52,336 nt of DNA from contig CAZFDH010000001.1 in assembly GCA_964518155.1 (NCBI GenBank), positions 1 to 52,336 on the forward strand, in the 5' to 3' direction. Position numbers and translations under genes: made by a program. Under the pieces are notes generated by a model, which was not told where the DNA came from, searched no databases, and was given only the letters and a program-made list of their open reading frames with translations. This document shows positions 33,008 through 41,283 of this stretch, in pieces. The stretch is from Candidatus Woesearchaeota archaeon. GTDB lineage: Archaea; Nanobdellota; Nanobdellia; Pacearchaeales; GW2011-AR1. Every line of letters starts with the position of its first letter. Position 1 is the stretch's first letter.

Positions 33008-33912
33008 CCTTTTGCGCTCAAACTAATTTTGTTATTTGTTTTTTCTAATTCTTCACCAGAGTAAATTATCTCATAACTTATTTCATTAACACTTACTTTT
33101 CCAGTCCAGACATTTTCCAAAGTTATCCTAACGCCTTCACCTACTCCAAGTGGATCTAATTCCAGCTCTTTAACATTTTTCCCATCGGCAGAGATAATTA
33201 TTTTCCCTTCTTCTGATTTTACTAGCCCATTGTTTCTTACACCAATAATTGTGTCAAGATATCTTCCATTCATTTGCGCTGACATATTCTCAAAAGATAA
33301 ATCTGCAAGTGAAGGATAAGAATAAAGTTCATTAATAGTATTAATTATATCATCTCCCATTTCCTGTCCGCATGAACTTACATTATACATAATATTATCT
33401 GGATTTTCAGAATGATCAAAGCCTAGAACATGCAGCATTTCATGGAGTGCAACATTTGGATTCTCGCAGTTAGAATTTTTGTGCAAAATAAGTTTTCCTT
33501 TTGATATAACGTTAAAATTTTTTGTAATGGTAATCTCTGTTGGTCCGCCTTCTCCAGCAACAATTAATCCCCCGCTAATTTCAGTTCTTTCATCACACGT
33601 AGCATAAACTTCTTCATTAGATGCAACTGGATAAAAACTAAGAACAGTATTCTCTTCTAAAACATTTAACGCTCTTGCGAATTCGTCTTCTTCTCCAATA
33701 GGACAGTCTTCAATTCGATAAGATATTTCTGAATCTGGAAATCTCATATTCTGATAAAATTGCATTGAATTGTTTGTTCCTCCGACACTGAAGTTTGACG
33801 TCCCATAATCAACTCCGAAATCCAAACTCCCCATTGGAAAAAACCAATATACCGTCAAAATCGCTGCTGCAAAAAGAATAAACAAAAAAGCAAGCACACT
33901 CTTTAATCCCAT
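33004..33912 (-). CDS. membrane-anchored metzincin (matrixin/M10-like zinc metalloprotease)
   Basis: 302 aa with an N-terminal TM helix. The motif HEMLHVLGFDHSENPDNIMY is HExxHxxGxxH plus a Met-turn. Confidence 0.7.
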   Translation of the reverse strand: MGLKSVLAFLFILFAAAILTVYWFFPMGSLDFGVDYGTSNFSVGGTNNSMQFYQNMRFPDSEISYRIEDCPIGEEDEFARALNVLEENTVLSFYPVASNEEVYATCDERTEISGGLIVAGEGGPTEITITKNFNVISKGKLILHKNSNCENPNVALHEMLHVLGFDHSENPDNIMYNVSSCGQEMGDDIINTINELYSYPSLADLSFENMSAQMNGRYLDTIIGVRNNGLVKSEEGKIIISADGKNVKELELDPLGVGEGVRITLENVWTGKVSVNEISYEIIYSGEELEKTNNKISLSAKG

Positions 33913-33948
33913 TATAGGTTAAAACCAATTTAATATATAAAGTTGTTG

Positions 33949-33976
33949 AAAAATAAAAGTGGGAAGTTTCCTTCCC
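33949..33976 (-). terminator. hairpin plus T-run (reverse strand)
   Basis: The reverse strand reads GGGAAG-GAAA-CTTCCC followed by ACTTTTATTTTT. It lies just downstream of the small acidic ORF and upstream of the metzincin promoter. Confidence 0.35.
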
Positions 33977-34006
33977 AAAAATTAAATTTGTGATTCACCA
34001 GCAAAA

Positions 34007-34114
34007 TTATTCACTATCTGAATCGCTTGAATCTTCAGTTTCATCCGAAGATTCTTCGTCATCAGAAGCCTCTACATTAGCTTCTTCGTTTTCCATGTTT
34101 TCATTTTCTTCCAT
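34007..34114 (-). CDS. possible 35-aa hyper-acidic micropeptide
   Basis: My own translation is MEENENMENEEANVEASDDEESSDETEDSSDSDSE. GAGGT lies 8 nt upstream and a hairpin-plus-T-run follows. Confidence 0.25.
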   Translation of the reverse strand: MEENENMENEEANVEASDDEESSDETEDSSDSDSE

Positions 34115-34283
34115 TGGATATACCTCAAGTTTAACTCATCTGCAAAAACAATGACCTTTTATAAAAGTTTTGAAAATCGTCGATTTCGCCCTAATTCGCA
34201 CAATAATCTAAAAAATTTGCCGACGAGAAAATAGGGATTGAAAAGGAGGAAAATTATAAAAACTAAATTCATCTCAATAAATT

Positions 34284-34490
34284 ATGAAAAGATTGATTGG
34301 ATATTTTTTAGTTTTATTAACGATTGGAATTGCGCTGTCTAACTTAACATTGACAGGAGCAGTCACTTCAGATTCCAATTCAAATTACTCAAATTTAATT
34401 TCAATAATTTTTCTCTTCATCGGAATGATTCTTCTGTCTTCTGAAGAAAAATCAAAATTGAAGAACATTAAGAATCAAAAAAGAAATTAA
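34284..34490 (+). CDS. small two-TM protein with an LTGAVT motif (paralogue of the N-terminus of the 28725-29171 product)
   Basis: 68 aa. Both the upstream 30 nt and the N-terminal helix-TGxV-helix layout are shared with the 28725 gene. Confidence 0.45.
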   Translation: MKRLIGYFLVLLTIGIALSNLTLTGAVTSDSNSNYSNLISIIFLFIGMILLSSEEKSKLKNIKNQKRN

Positions 34491-34511
34491 GACAGAAGAA
34501 ATAAAACATTC

Positions 34512-34952
34512 TTATCTTTTTTCAACCAAACCAAATTCTCTTCGATTTCTATCGACATAATAATTATTTACCCATCGACCTTGAATTTGTTCACTATGTA
34601 CTTCCCGGACTTCTCTAAATAATGATCTGTATTGATATCTGAATTGCGCTTCAGGATCAATCCCTCCTTTCTTACCATTAGGATTATCATTAGTAAATAA
34701 TAATCTGTTCGTCACTTGTGTTGTTGGACAAACAAATCTCAGTTCTGTTTCAACCCAATAATCTCCCCCGATCTCTCCACTCGGAGGAATATAACCGTGA
34801 GACTGAATTGCAACAAGATCTTGTATTTGATGATACCCATTGCACCCACCGCATTGAATTTTTCTTTTTTTGTTTCTTTTAGCAATTCTTTCTTTCAACT
34901 CTTTTTCTGCCTTTTTCAGCCTTTCAAGCTGCTCGTCTAAAGTCATCGACAT
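34512..34952 (-). CDS. hypothetical protein
   Basis: 146-aa ORF with an N-terminal basic coiled coil. I recognise no family. Confidence 0.45.
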   Translation of the reverse strand: MSMTLDEQLERLKKAEKELKERIAKRNKKRKIQCGGCNGYHQIQDLVAIQSHGYIPPSGEIGGDYWVETELRFVCPTTQVTNRLLFTNDNPNGKKGGIDPEAQFRYQYRSLFREVREVHSEQIQGRWVNNYYVDRNRREFGLVEKR

Positions 34953-35005
34953 AACTTATGAAATAGTATTTCATTTAAAAGAATTATTGTGATAAAGAAT
35001 TAAAA

Positions 35006-35077
35006 CGCCCCAACCGGGAATCGAACCCGGACCTCCTGCGCGACAGGCAAGTGTTCTAGCCACTAAACTATTGAGGC
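35006..35077 (-). tRNA. tRNA-Asp (anticodon GUC)
   Basis: 72-nt hand fold on the reverse strand. Acceptor is GCCTCAA/TTGGGGC, the anticodon arm is CTTGC-CTGTCGC-GCAGG, the T-arm region is CCGGGTTCGATTCCCGG and the discriminator is G. Confidence 0.85.
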
Positions 35078-35138
35078 CTCAATGTAAAAAACCTTAAGAA
35101 TCCTTGACGAAATTAATTTTTAAATCTTTTCGTAGAGA

Positions 35139-35981
35139 TTAAATTATGGAGCTCCTTATAAACTCTTCAACTTTGAAAGAGTCAGCAGAATTCCTTGCTT
35201 TCGTCGCGCTTCTTCTGTCCCCAATCTGATCATAACATTGGGCAAGATTATAATGTGCTCCAACCATTGCTCTTCCATCCTCTGTCCTTCTCGAACGATT
35301 CAACATCCATCTTAAATATTCCAATTTTGCCTCTTGAACTGCACCTTTGTAACCTCCACCTAAACCGTAATAAAAACGAGCTAAAGGACTTAGTGAACCA
35401 AATTCCATCTTTACTCTTTCCCCCTTTTCCAAACCTTCTTCAATTTCTTTAATCGCTGCTTCATATTCAAATTTGTAGAAGTGCGAATTTCCCAGACCAA
35501 GTCTTGCATGAAGATTACTTGAGTCTTTGCTTAAAACTGTTCTTTGAAGTTCCATAGCTTCATCAAATCTTATTAAAGCCATTAACGCAAGCGAATATTG
35601 ATTTAAAGTTCTTGGATCTTCTACTTCACTAATTGCCTCTCGATACAACTCTAAAGCCTTATTATAATTTCCTTTAGTAGCTTGAGCTTCACCCATTGCA
35701 GAAAAAATTCTGCTTCTCAACTGTTGCGGATCAGTCCTTCCAATAGCAGCCAACTCTTTATTTAATAAATCTAAAGCAAGATCAGGATTTTTCCTAACAA
35801 GAATTAAAGATCGTGTCATTCTCTCAGAAAGATCGTAATCTCTCGGAACCAACCCAACTTGAGCCATATCCAAGAGTTGTTTAAAATCTTCCATCCTCTT
35901 CATCGACGGAATATATTTTTCTCTATCATCCAAACTATCTCGATAACTTCTCCTCAATGGGGGTTTATCTTTATTCATCAA
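35139..35981 (-). CDS. TPR-repeat protein
   Basis: 280 aa with repeated A..G.Y..A...Y..A-type 34-residue patterns, for example GNYNKALELYREAI and FEYEAAIKEIEEGL. Confidence 0.6.
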   Translation of the reverse strand: MMNKDKPPLRRSYRDSLDDREKYIPSMKRMEDFKQLLDMAQVGLVPRDYDLSERMTRSLILVRKNPDLALDLLNKELAAIGRTDPQQLRSRIFSAMGEAQATKGNYNKALELYREAISEVEDPRTLNQYSLALMALIRFDEAMELQRTVLSKDSSNLHARLGLGNSHFYKFEYEAAIKEIEEGLEKGERVKMEFGSLSPLARFYYGLGGGYKGAVQEAKLEYLRWMLNRSRRTEDGRAMVGAHYNLAQCYDQIGDRRSATKARNSADSFKVEEFIRSSII

Positions 35982-36049
35982 CTATACAAGAAAATATGGT
36001 TTATAAATATTGCTAACTTTAACCACTATTAGATGACAAAAAGGAAAAA

Positions 36050-37024
36050 ATGAATAAGAAATATAAACAACATTTACTCACAGAAATAATGATTACAAAT
36101 AAATTAAGATATTTGATTTTAATAATCTTTTTATTCTTCCTCTCTATCGTTCTTTTCTTTATGCTTTATTCAATTGACCGAGAAATTACTCCGGACGATT
36201 TCTCAGACGTGAACTTAACGCATTGGAGTCATATGCCTATTGATTACAAAATAACTAATAGAGGATGCGACCAGATTCAAATAAATCAAATTAGAAAAGG
36301 GCTGGAAATAATTGAAAATTCTACTTCCGGCAAAGTAAAATTCACAGAACAGTCCGGAGCTGATCTTGATATATTCTGTATAAACCGGGAGAACGTGAAA
36401 AAGGAATACACTCAATGTAAGAATATAACTCTTGTAAAACGACCTCAAAAAATAAATTGGTATGATGAAGGATATTTAAGATCATCAAGAGATTATTTAA
36501 TCTCAGTAAAATCAGCTGAAACTTTCGACGGATTCATATATGAACTATGTTTCATCGACCAGAAAGAAGCAGGAATAAATTTTGGCGAAGAAACTTTAGG
36601 CGAAGGAGGGCCAACAAAAGTCAAAGAAGGAATGATAGAAAAGGCTGAAGCAATTTTTTACCAGCAAGGAAACGGAAAAACAACTTGTCGTTATCCTACA
36701 AAAGAGATCCATGAAATATTGCATTCATTCGGATTCGACCATTCTTATGAGCCACAGTGGGATTCTTATTACGGTTATTCAAATTGGACTTACGTCGAAG
36801 ATATAATGTTTCCTTATTTATACTGCAGTCTTCAAGATCAGTTAAATGAAAAATATATTTCTTGTCTAAATTACATTTATTCAAACGGCCAGGAAGGAAA
36901 ATGCTCTGACGTAAATTTCCTTTCATCAAAATATGTTTGCGAAGAAGGATGGTTTTTAGTTGAAGGAACAGAATATTGCTGCCCACAAAAAGGAATGAAA
37001 ATCGAAAACGGTTATTGTGTTTAG
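36050..37024 (+). CDS. membrane-anchored metzincin-like zinc metalloprotease, Cys-rich C-terminus
   Basis: 324 aa with an N-terminal TM helix. The motif is HEILHSFGFDHSYEP...IMFPY (HExxHxxGxxH plus a Met-turn). Confidence 0.65.
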   Translation: MNKKYKQHLLTEIMITNKLRYLILIIFLFFLSIVLFFMLYSIDREITPDDFSDVNLTHWSHMPIDYKITNRGCDQIQINQIRKGLEIIENSTSGKVKFTEQSGADLDIFCINRENVKKEYTQCKNITLVKRPQKINWYDEGYLRSSRDYLISVKSAETFDGFIYELCFIDQKEAGINFGEETLGEGGPTKVKEGMIEKAEAIFYQQGNGKTTCRYPTKEIHEILHSFGFDHSYEPQWDSYYGYSNWTYVEDIMFPYLYCSLQDQLNEKYISCLNYIYSNGQEGKCSDVNFLSSKYVCEEGWFLVEGTEYCCPQKGMKIENGYCV

Positions 37025-37085
37025 TCACTTTTTTCTACAACAATTCACCAAATAAACTTATAAACTCAGACTTATTACAAAAATT

Positions 37086-37385
37086 ATGAAAAGAAATGAT
37101 GAAATTGAAAACCAAATTTTTGCCGTCGCTGGTGCAACAGAAGCTATTCGCTATGCCAAGTCACACGAGTTTTTGGACATCGAGCAAGGAATGAAACATA
37201 TCATGAAGCTTGCAGCAGCAAAAAAAGATCACGTTTCAAAATTAATGTTCATCGGTGGCGCATCAAAAGCGTTCTCCATTTACGAAAGAAACCGCCGTCT
37301 AACAGAAAAAGAAATAATGGGAAATGTACTAAAAGAAATTCCCCAAATAATGAGAAATATCAGTGAAGAAATCTATTCAGACTAA
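37086..37385 (+). CDS. hypothetical protein
   Basis: 99-aa ORF. I recognise no family. Confidence 0.45.
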   Translation: MKRNDEIENQIFAVAGATEAIRYAKSHEFLDIEQGMKHIMKLAAAKKDHVSKLMFIGGASKAFSIYERNRRLTEKEIMGNVLKEIPQIMRNISEEIYSD

Positions 37386-37606
37386 ATTCTACTGCCTTGT
37401 TGCATTCTTTGCCCAGCACGTTCTAACGTAGCACCAATTACTTTCTTCTCTCGACGAGCAAATTCTCTTGCCGTCGGACTTCTCTTCAGCCTTGAAGCAG
37501 TCTTTTTAGCTGCTCTCTTCACTTTTGACGTTCCTTTCTTCATTCGACCCGTCATCTTCTTGGTTCTAGTTTTTGCTTTTCTTCTTACCGTTGTTTTTCT
37601 TGCCAT
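37382..37606 (-). CDS. hypothetical highly basic protein
   Basis: 74 aa, very Lys/Arg-rich. It is separated by 2 nt from the upstream membrane-protein gene. Confidence 0.45.
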   Translation of the reverse strand: MARKTTVRRKAKTRTKKMTGRMKKGTSKVKRAAKKTASRLKRSPTAREFARREKKVIGATLERAGQRMQQGSRI

Positions 37607-37608
37607 GT

Positions 37609-37908
37609 TTAAAACCTCCTATAAATTATTGCGATTAATAAAATTACTAACCCAATAATAATTTGAACTATACCCAAATCAAAATCATAAACGTTTGAAA
37701 GGAAATTCGAAATACCGATTGCAATCAAAATGAATGACGTGATAGCCATACACAAAACCAAAGAATATTTTATCATAATTGCTTTGATTTTTGTAACGTT
37801 GCCCACTCTTCTCGCCAGTTCGCCGCTTGTTTCACCAACCGACTCAATCACCGCATTCAAAGTGTCTTCAATGAATCCTTCGAATATCCCTCTTTTTGCT
37901 TTAGGCAT
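37609..37908 (-). CDS. hypothetical two-TM membrane protein (holin-X/YqjE-like layout)
   Basis: 99 aa with an amphipathic N-terminal helix followed by two TM helices. The similarity is in layout only. Confidence 0.45.
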   Translation of the reverse strand: MPKAKRGIFEGFIEDTLNAVIESVGETSGELARRVGNVTKIKAIMIKYSLVLCMAITSFILIAIGISNFLSNVYDFDLGIVQIIIGLVILLIAIIYRRF

Positions 37909-37954
37909 AAAAGGAAGAAGAAATAATCTTTTTTAGAACTATGTTGTATTATCT

Positions 37955-38209
37955 CTACACTTTTTTGAATTTCTTTACACTTACTTTCCCAATGACGTCG
38001 ATTTTCGGTGCAATTTCTTCGTAAAGCATTTCTATTTCGGCTCGCGAGAGTTCTATAATTCCAGACGCATTGCTTCCCTTATAACAAACTTCAACTTTAA
38101 GTTCTTCAGGCTTAAGCAAATCTTCTTTTATAATAACTTCTTTAACAGAACCAATAGACTCGATTCTAACAACTCGCCCATTAGAAAGTTTTTTTGTTTT
38201 AACATTCAT
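37955..38209 (-). CDS. hypothetical protein
   Basis: 84-aa ORF. I recognise no family. Confidence 0.45.
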   Translation of the reverse strand: MNVKTKKLSNGRVVRIESIGSVKEVIIKEDLLKPEELKVEVCYKGSNASGIIELSRAEIEMLYEEIAPKIDVIGKVSVKKFKKV

Positions 38210-38258
38210 AAGAAATAAAATCCTCTTCGATATTTAAGCATTTAGATGATCTGACATA

Positions 38259-38627
38259 CTAAATTTCAGATGCAGTAGATCTAGGTAAATTAGATACTAA
38301 TTCTCCATAAGGTCTATCTAAAAGAAGTCTAACCATACCTTGGAAAAGACTTTGATCTTCATCAGTTTGTGAAGTAATGTTTCGATCTCTTCCATACAAA
38401 GTAATGCTAGAACCATCCATATGATAAGAATATTCAAATTTGGCAAGATCATAAAACCTAAAGAGGCCATTAGATCTTCTTAGAAAAAATTCTTCTTCCC
38501 TAACCCAAGTAAATAAATATTTTGAATCTCCGAAAATGCCTTTCTTAAATCTTTTATCACTTCCCTCATAATGTCTAACAAGAAATTCTCTCAGTGCAAA
38601 AAGATCTGCAACTTCAGGTATAGCCAT
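38259..38627 (-). CDS. hypothetical protein
   Basis: 122-aa ORF. I recognise no family. Confidence 0.45.
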   Translation of the reverse strand: MAIPEVADLFALREFLVRHYEGSDKRFKKGIFGDSKYLFTWVREEEFFLRRSNGLFRFYDLAKFEYSYHMDGSSITLYGRDRNITSQTDEDQSLFQGMVRLLLDRPYGELVSNLPRSTASEI

Positions 38628-38674
38628 AAAAAAATCAAACAGAATCCTTATTTAAGCATTTAGATATTCAAAAA

Positions 38675-39961
38675 CTACTTTTTCGCTTCAATCTTTTTCT
38701 TTCCGCCCATATATTGCTGAAGAATTTTTGGAATGTTAACGCTTCCATCTTTGTTTTGATTATTTTCTAAAATTGCAACCAGTGCTCTTGAAGTCGCAAT
38801 CGCAGTATTATTCAGAGTGTGTGGAACAATTCGTTCCCCCTTGATTCTCGTCGAGATTCCAAGTTTTCTTGCCTGCGCTTCAGTCAAATTAGAACACGAC
38901 CCAACTTCAAAATAGCCTTTTTTACGAGGAGAATAAACTTCAATATCAACTTGCTCGTATTTCAAATCTCCCAAATCACCCGAACAAAGTCTCAAAACTC
39001 TTATAGGTAATTCTAACTTCTCAAAAATCTCAACAGTAATTCCTTTCAATTCTTCAAAAAACTTCTCTGATTCTTCTGGCCTGCAAATAACAATCATCTC
39101 AACTTTGTTAAACTGATGAGTCCTAAACAATCCTTTTTCATCAACACCATGGCTCCCTATTTCTTTTCTAAAACACATCGAATAAGAAGTGTGTTTTATC
39201 GGCAAATCTTTTTCACTCACTTCTTTTCCTGCAAATCTACTAATCAGCGAATGTTCTGAAGTCCCAATCAAAGAAACATCATCATTAGAAATTCTATAAA
39301 TCATATTTTCTTGATCGTTTAAATCTGTAACTTGATTAATTATCTCATTCTTAAGCATCAACGGAGTTTCAGAATACATGAACCCTTTGGAAACCATCGT
39401 ATCAATTGCAAATCTAATTAATGCCTGATTCAAAAGACCCAAATCTCCGTCGAGATAATAAAATCCTGTTCCAGCAACTCTTCCGGATGAATCAAAATCT
39501 GCAACTCCAAGTTTCTCTGCAATTTCAACATGACTCTTAACTTCAAAATCAAATTTCTTTGGCTTTCCATAAACTTTCTCGACGACATTTTCCGAATCGT
39601 CTTTTCCTAAAGGAACTTTTTTTGAAATTATGTTAGGAATAGAAGAAAGTACTTTTCTTATTTCTTCTTCGAGCTCTTTTCTTTTTTCTTCAAGTTTTTC
39701 AATCTTAGCTGGAATTGCTTTAGCTTCTTTTATGAATTTTTGCGCCTTTTTTTCGTCTTTAGCTTTCTTTGCCTTGTTAACCTCTTCTGAAAGTTTATTT
39801 CTTTGCGATCTCAAATAATCTTCATCATACTTTATTTTTCTCCACTCTTCATCTAATTTCTTGACTTTATCCACCAGAACTAGCTTTTCATTTTTGAATT
39901 TCTTTTTTATATTTTCCTTTACAAGATCAGGATTTTCCCGAATCAGTTTTATATCGATCAT
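38675..39961 (-). CDS. serS: seryl-tRNA synthetase
   Basis: 428 aa. It has MIDIKLIRENPDLVKENIKKK, a coiled-coil arm and the class II motifs (FRKEIGSHG..GLFRTHQFNKVE; GSCSNLTEAQARK; NNTAIATSRALVAILENNQ). Confidence 0.9.
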   Translation of the reverse strand: MIDIKLIRENPDLVKENIKKKFKNEKLVLVDKVKKLDEEWRKIKYDEDYLRSQRNKLSEEVNKAKKAKDEKKAQKFIKEAKAIPAKIEKLEEKRKELEEEIRKVLSSIPNIISKKVPLGKDDSENVVEKVYGKPKKFDFEVKSHVEIAEKLGVADFDSSGRVAGTGFYYLDGDLGLLNQALIRFAIDTMVSKGFMYSETPLMLKNEIINQVTDLNDQENMIYRISNDDVSLIGTSEHSLISRFAGKEVSEKDLPIKHTSYSMCFRKEIGSHGVDEKGLFRTHQFNKVEMIVICRPEESEKFFEELKGITVEIFEKLELPIRVLRLCSGDLGDLKYEQVDIEVYSPRKKGYFEVGSCSNLTEAQARKLGISTRIKGERIVPHTLNNTAIATSRALVAILENNQNKDGSVNIPKILQQYMGGKKKIEAKK

Positions 39962-40031
39962 ATAATGACAACTAAAAACTTATATTTAAACTTTTCATTA
40001 AATTTAAAAATATATTAAACTATTTTCTAAC

Positions 40032-40685
40032 ATGGCAGGGGTGATCACAGAAATAATTACTAAAATCGTAACAGGGTACTCAGAGTTTATTTCAATTCTT
40101 CCGCCACTAGCGCAAAAATTCCTCAACCTATTTTTATTAGTCGTCCTTGTTTTCTTTTACGCAATCTTCGTCTGGAAATTCCATAAATACGTCTCAACAA
40201 AAAACCTTCTGGGATTAAACCTAAGCAAATACAATCGTTCCGATCACCCGGTTACATCGAAGTTCTTCGCATTAGTACTTTATTTCATTGAATATATAAT
40301 CATCCTCCCATTTGTTGTTTTCTTCTGGTTTTCGATCTTCACAGTATTTGTAATTCTAATGAGCGAAGGAAAAGACTTACAATCTCTTCTTTTAATTTCT
40401 GCAACAATTGTGGCTTCAATAAGAGTAACAGCATATTATAACGAGAACTTATCCAACGATATTGCAAAACTTCTTCCGTTAACGTTTTTAGCAATTTCTT
40501 TAACCACTTCGGGCTTCTTCAACTTCGAAAGAATTCTCACAACACTGACTCAAATACCAAGTTACATGGGAGATTTATTCATATATTTCCTATTCATAAT
40601 CTTTTTAGAGGTAATATTAAGGTTCTTTGACTTCATATTCTCATTGTTTGAACTAGATGACGTCCCGAGAATAAAAGAAAATTAA
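40032..40685 (+). CDS. hypothetical polytopic membrane protein
   Basis: 217 aa with 5-6 hydrophobic helices. I recognise no family. Confidence 0.5.
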   Translation: MAGVITEIITKIVTGYSEFISILPPLAQKFLNLFLLVVLVFFYAIFVWKFHKYVSTKNLLGLNLSKYNRSDHPVTSKFFALVLYFIEYIIILPFVVFFWFSIFTVFVILMSEGKDLQSLLLISATIVASIRVTAYYNENLSNDIAKLLPLTFLAISLTTSGFFNFERILTTLTQIPSYMGDLFIYFLFIIFLEVILRFFDFIFSLFELDDVPRIKEN

Positions 40686-40694
40686 GACACAAAA

Positions 40695-40706
40695 GGTTTT
40701 TAAATC
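40695..40706 (+). promoter_or_regulatory. TATA-like box upstream of rps10
   Basis: GGTTTTTAAATC, about 25 nt upstream of the ATG at 40726. Confidence 0.45.
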
Positions 40707-40725
40707 GAAAATTTATCCTCTTAAT

Positions 40726-41034
40726 ATGCCAAGCGTAAGAGTAAAATTAAACAGCACTGATATTGAAATGCTTAACAGTATTTGTAATTCTATTTCCGAC
40801 ATCGCAAAGAAGTCAGGAATTGTTGTGAGAGGACCAGTTCCGCTGCCTACAAAAAGACTAAAAATCACAACAAGAAAATCCCCTTGCGGAGACGGAACAG
40901 CAACATTCGACCGATTCGAAATGAGAATCCATAAAAGACTTATCGACCTTCCAGCAAACGAACGAGTTCTTCACCACATCATGAGACTTCAAATTCCTAA
41001 ATCCGTAAACATCAAAATTGAGATGAAGGATTAA
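40726..41034 (+). CDS. rps10: 30S ribosomal protein uS10
   Basis: 102 aa. RGPVPLPTKRLKITTRKSPCGDGTATFDRFEMRIHKRLIDL is the S10 signature. Confidence 0.9.
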   Translation: MPSVRVKLNSTDIEMLNSICNSISDIAKKSGIVVRGPVPLPTKRLKITTRKSPCGDGTATFDRFEMRIHKRLIDLPANERVLHHIMRLQIPKSVNIKIEMKD

Positions 41035-41052
41035 ATTTATTATTTTTAAAAT

Positions 41053-41193
41053 TTAAATTTTTATTCTAGAATCAGGAACATTCTTTGAATGAACATCAAG
41101 CCTTCCACTGTTCAAACAATCCCAGCAAACATGAATAGACCCGTCTTTCTCTTTAACCGTTCCAGTATTTTTACATTTGGGACATTCTTCCAT
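41053..41193 (-). CDS. possible 46-aa zinc-ribbon protein
   Basis: My own translation is MEECPKCKNTGTVKEKDGSIHVCWDCLNSGRLDVHSKNVPDSRIKI, with CxxC...CxxC. It is not in the ORF track. Confidence 0.35.
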   Translation of the reverse strand: MEECPKCKNTGTVKEKDGSIHVCWDCLNSGRLDVHSKNVPDSRIKI

Positions 41194-41283
41194 AACGGTT
41201 AACGAATTCGATCCTATTTAAATTTTAAGGTACTAGAAAATAAAAAGAAAAATGTTTATTAAAGAAAGAATTTTCCAGTATTT

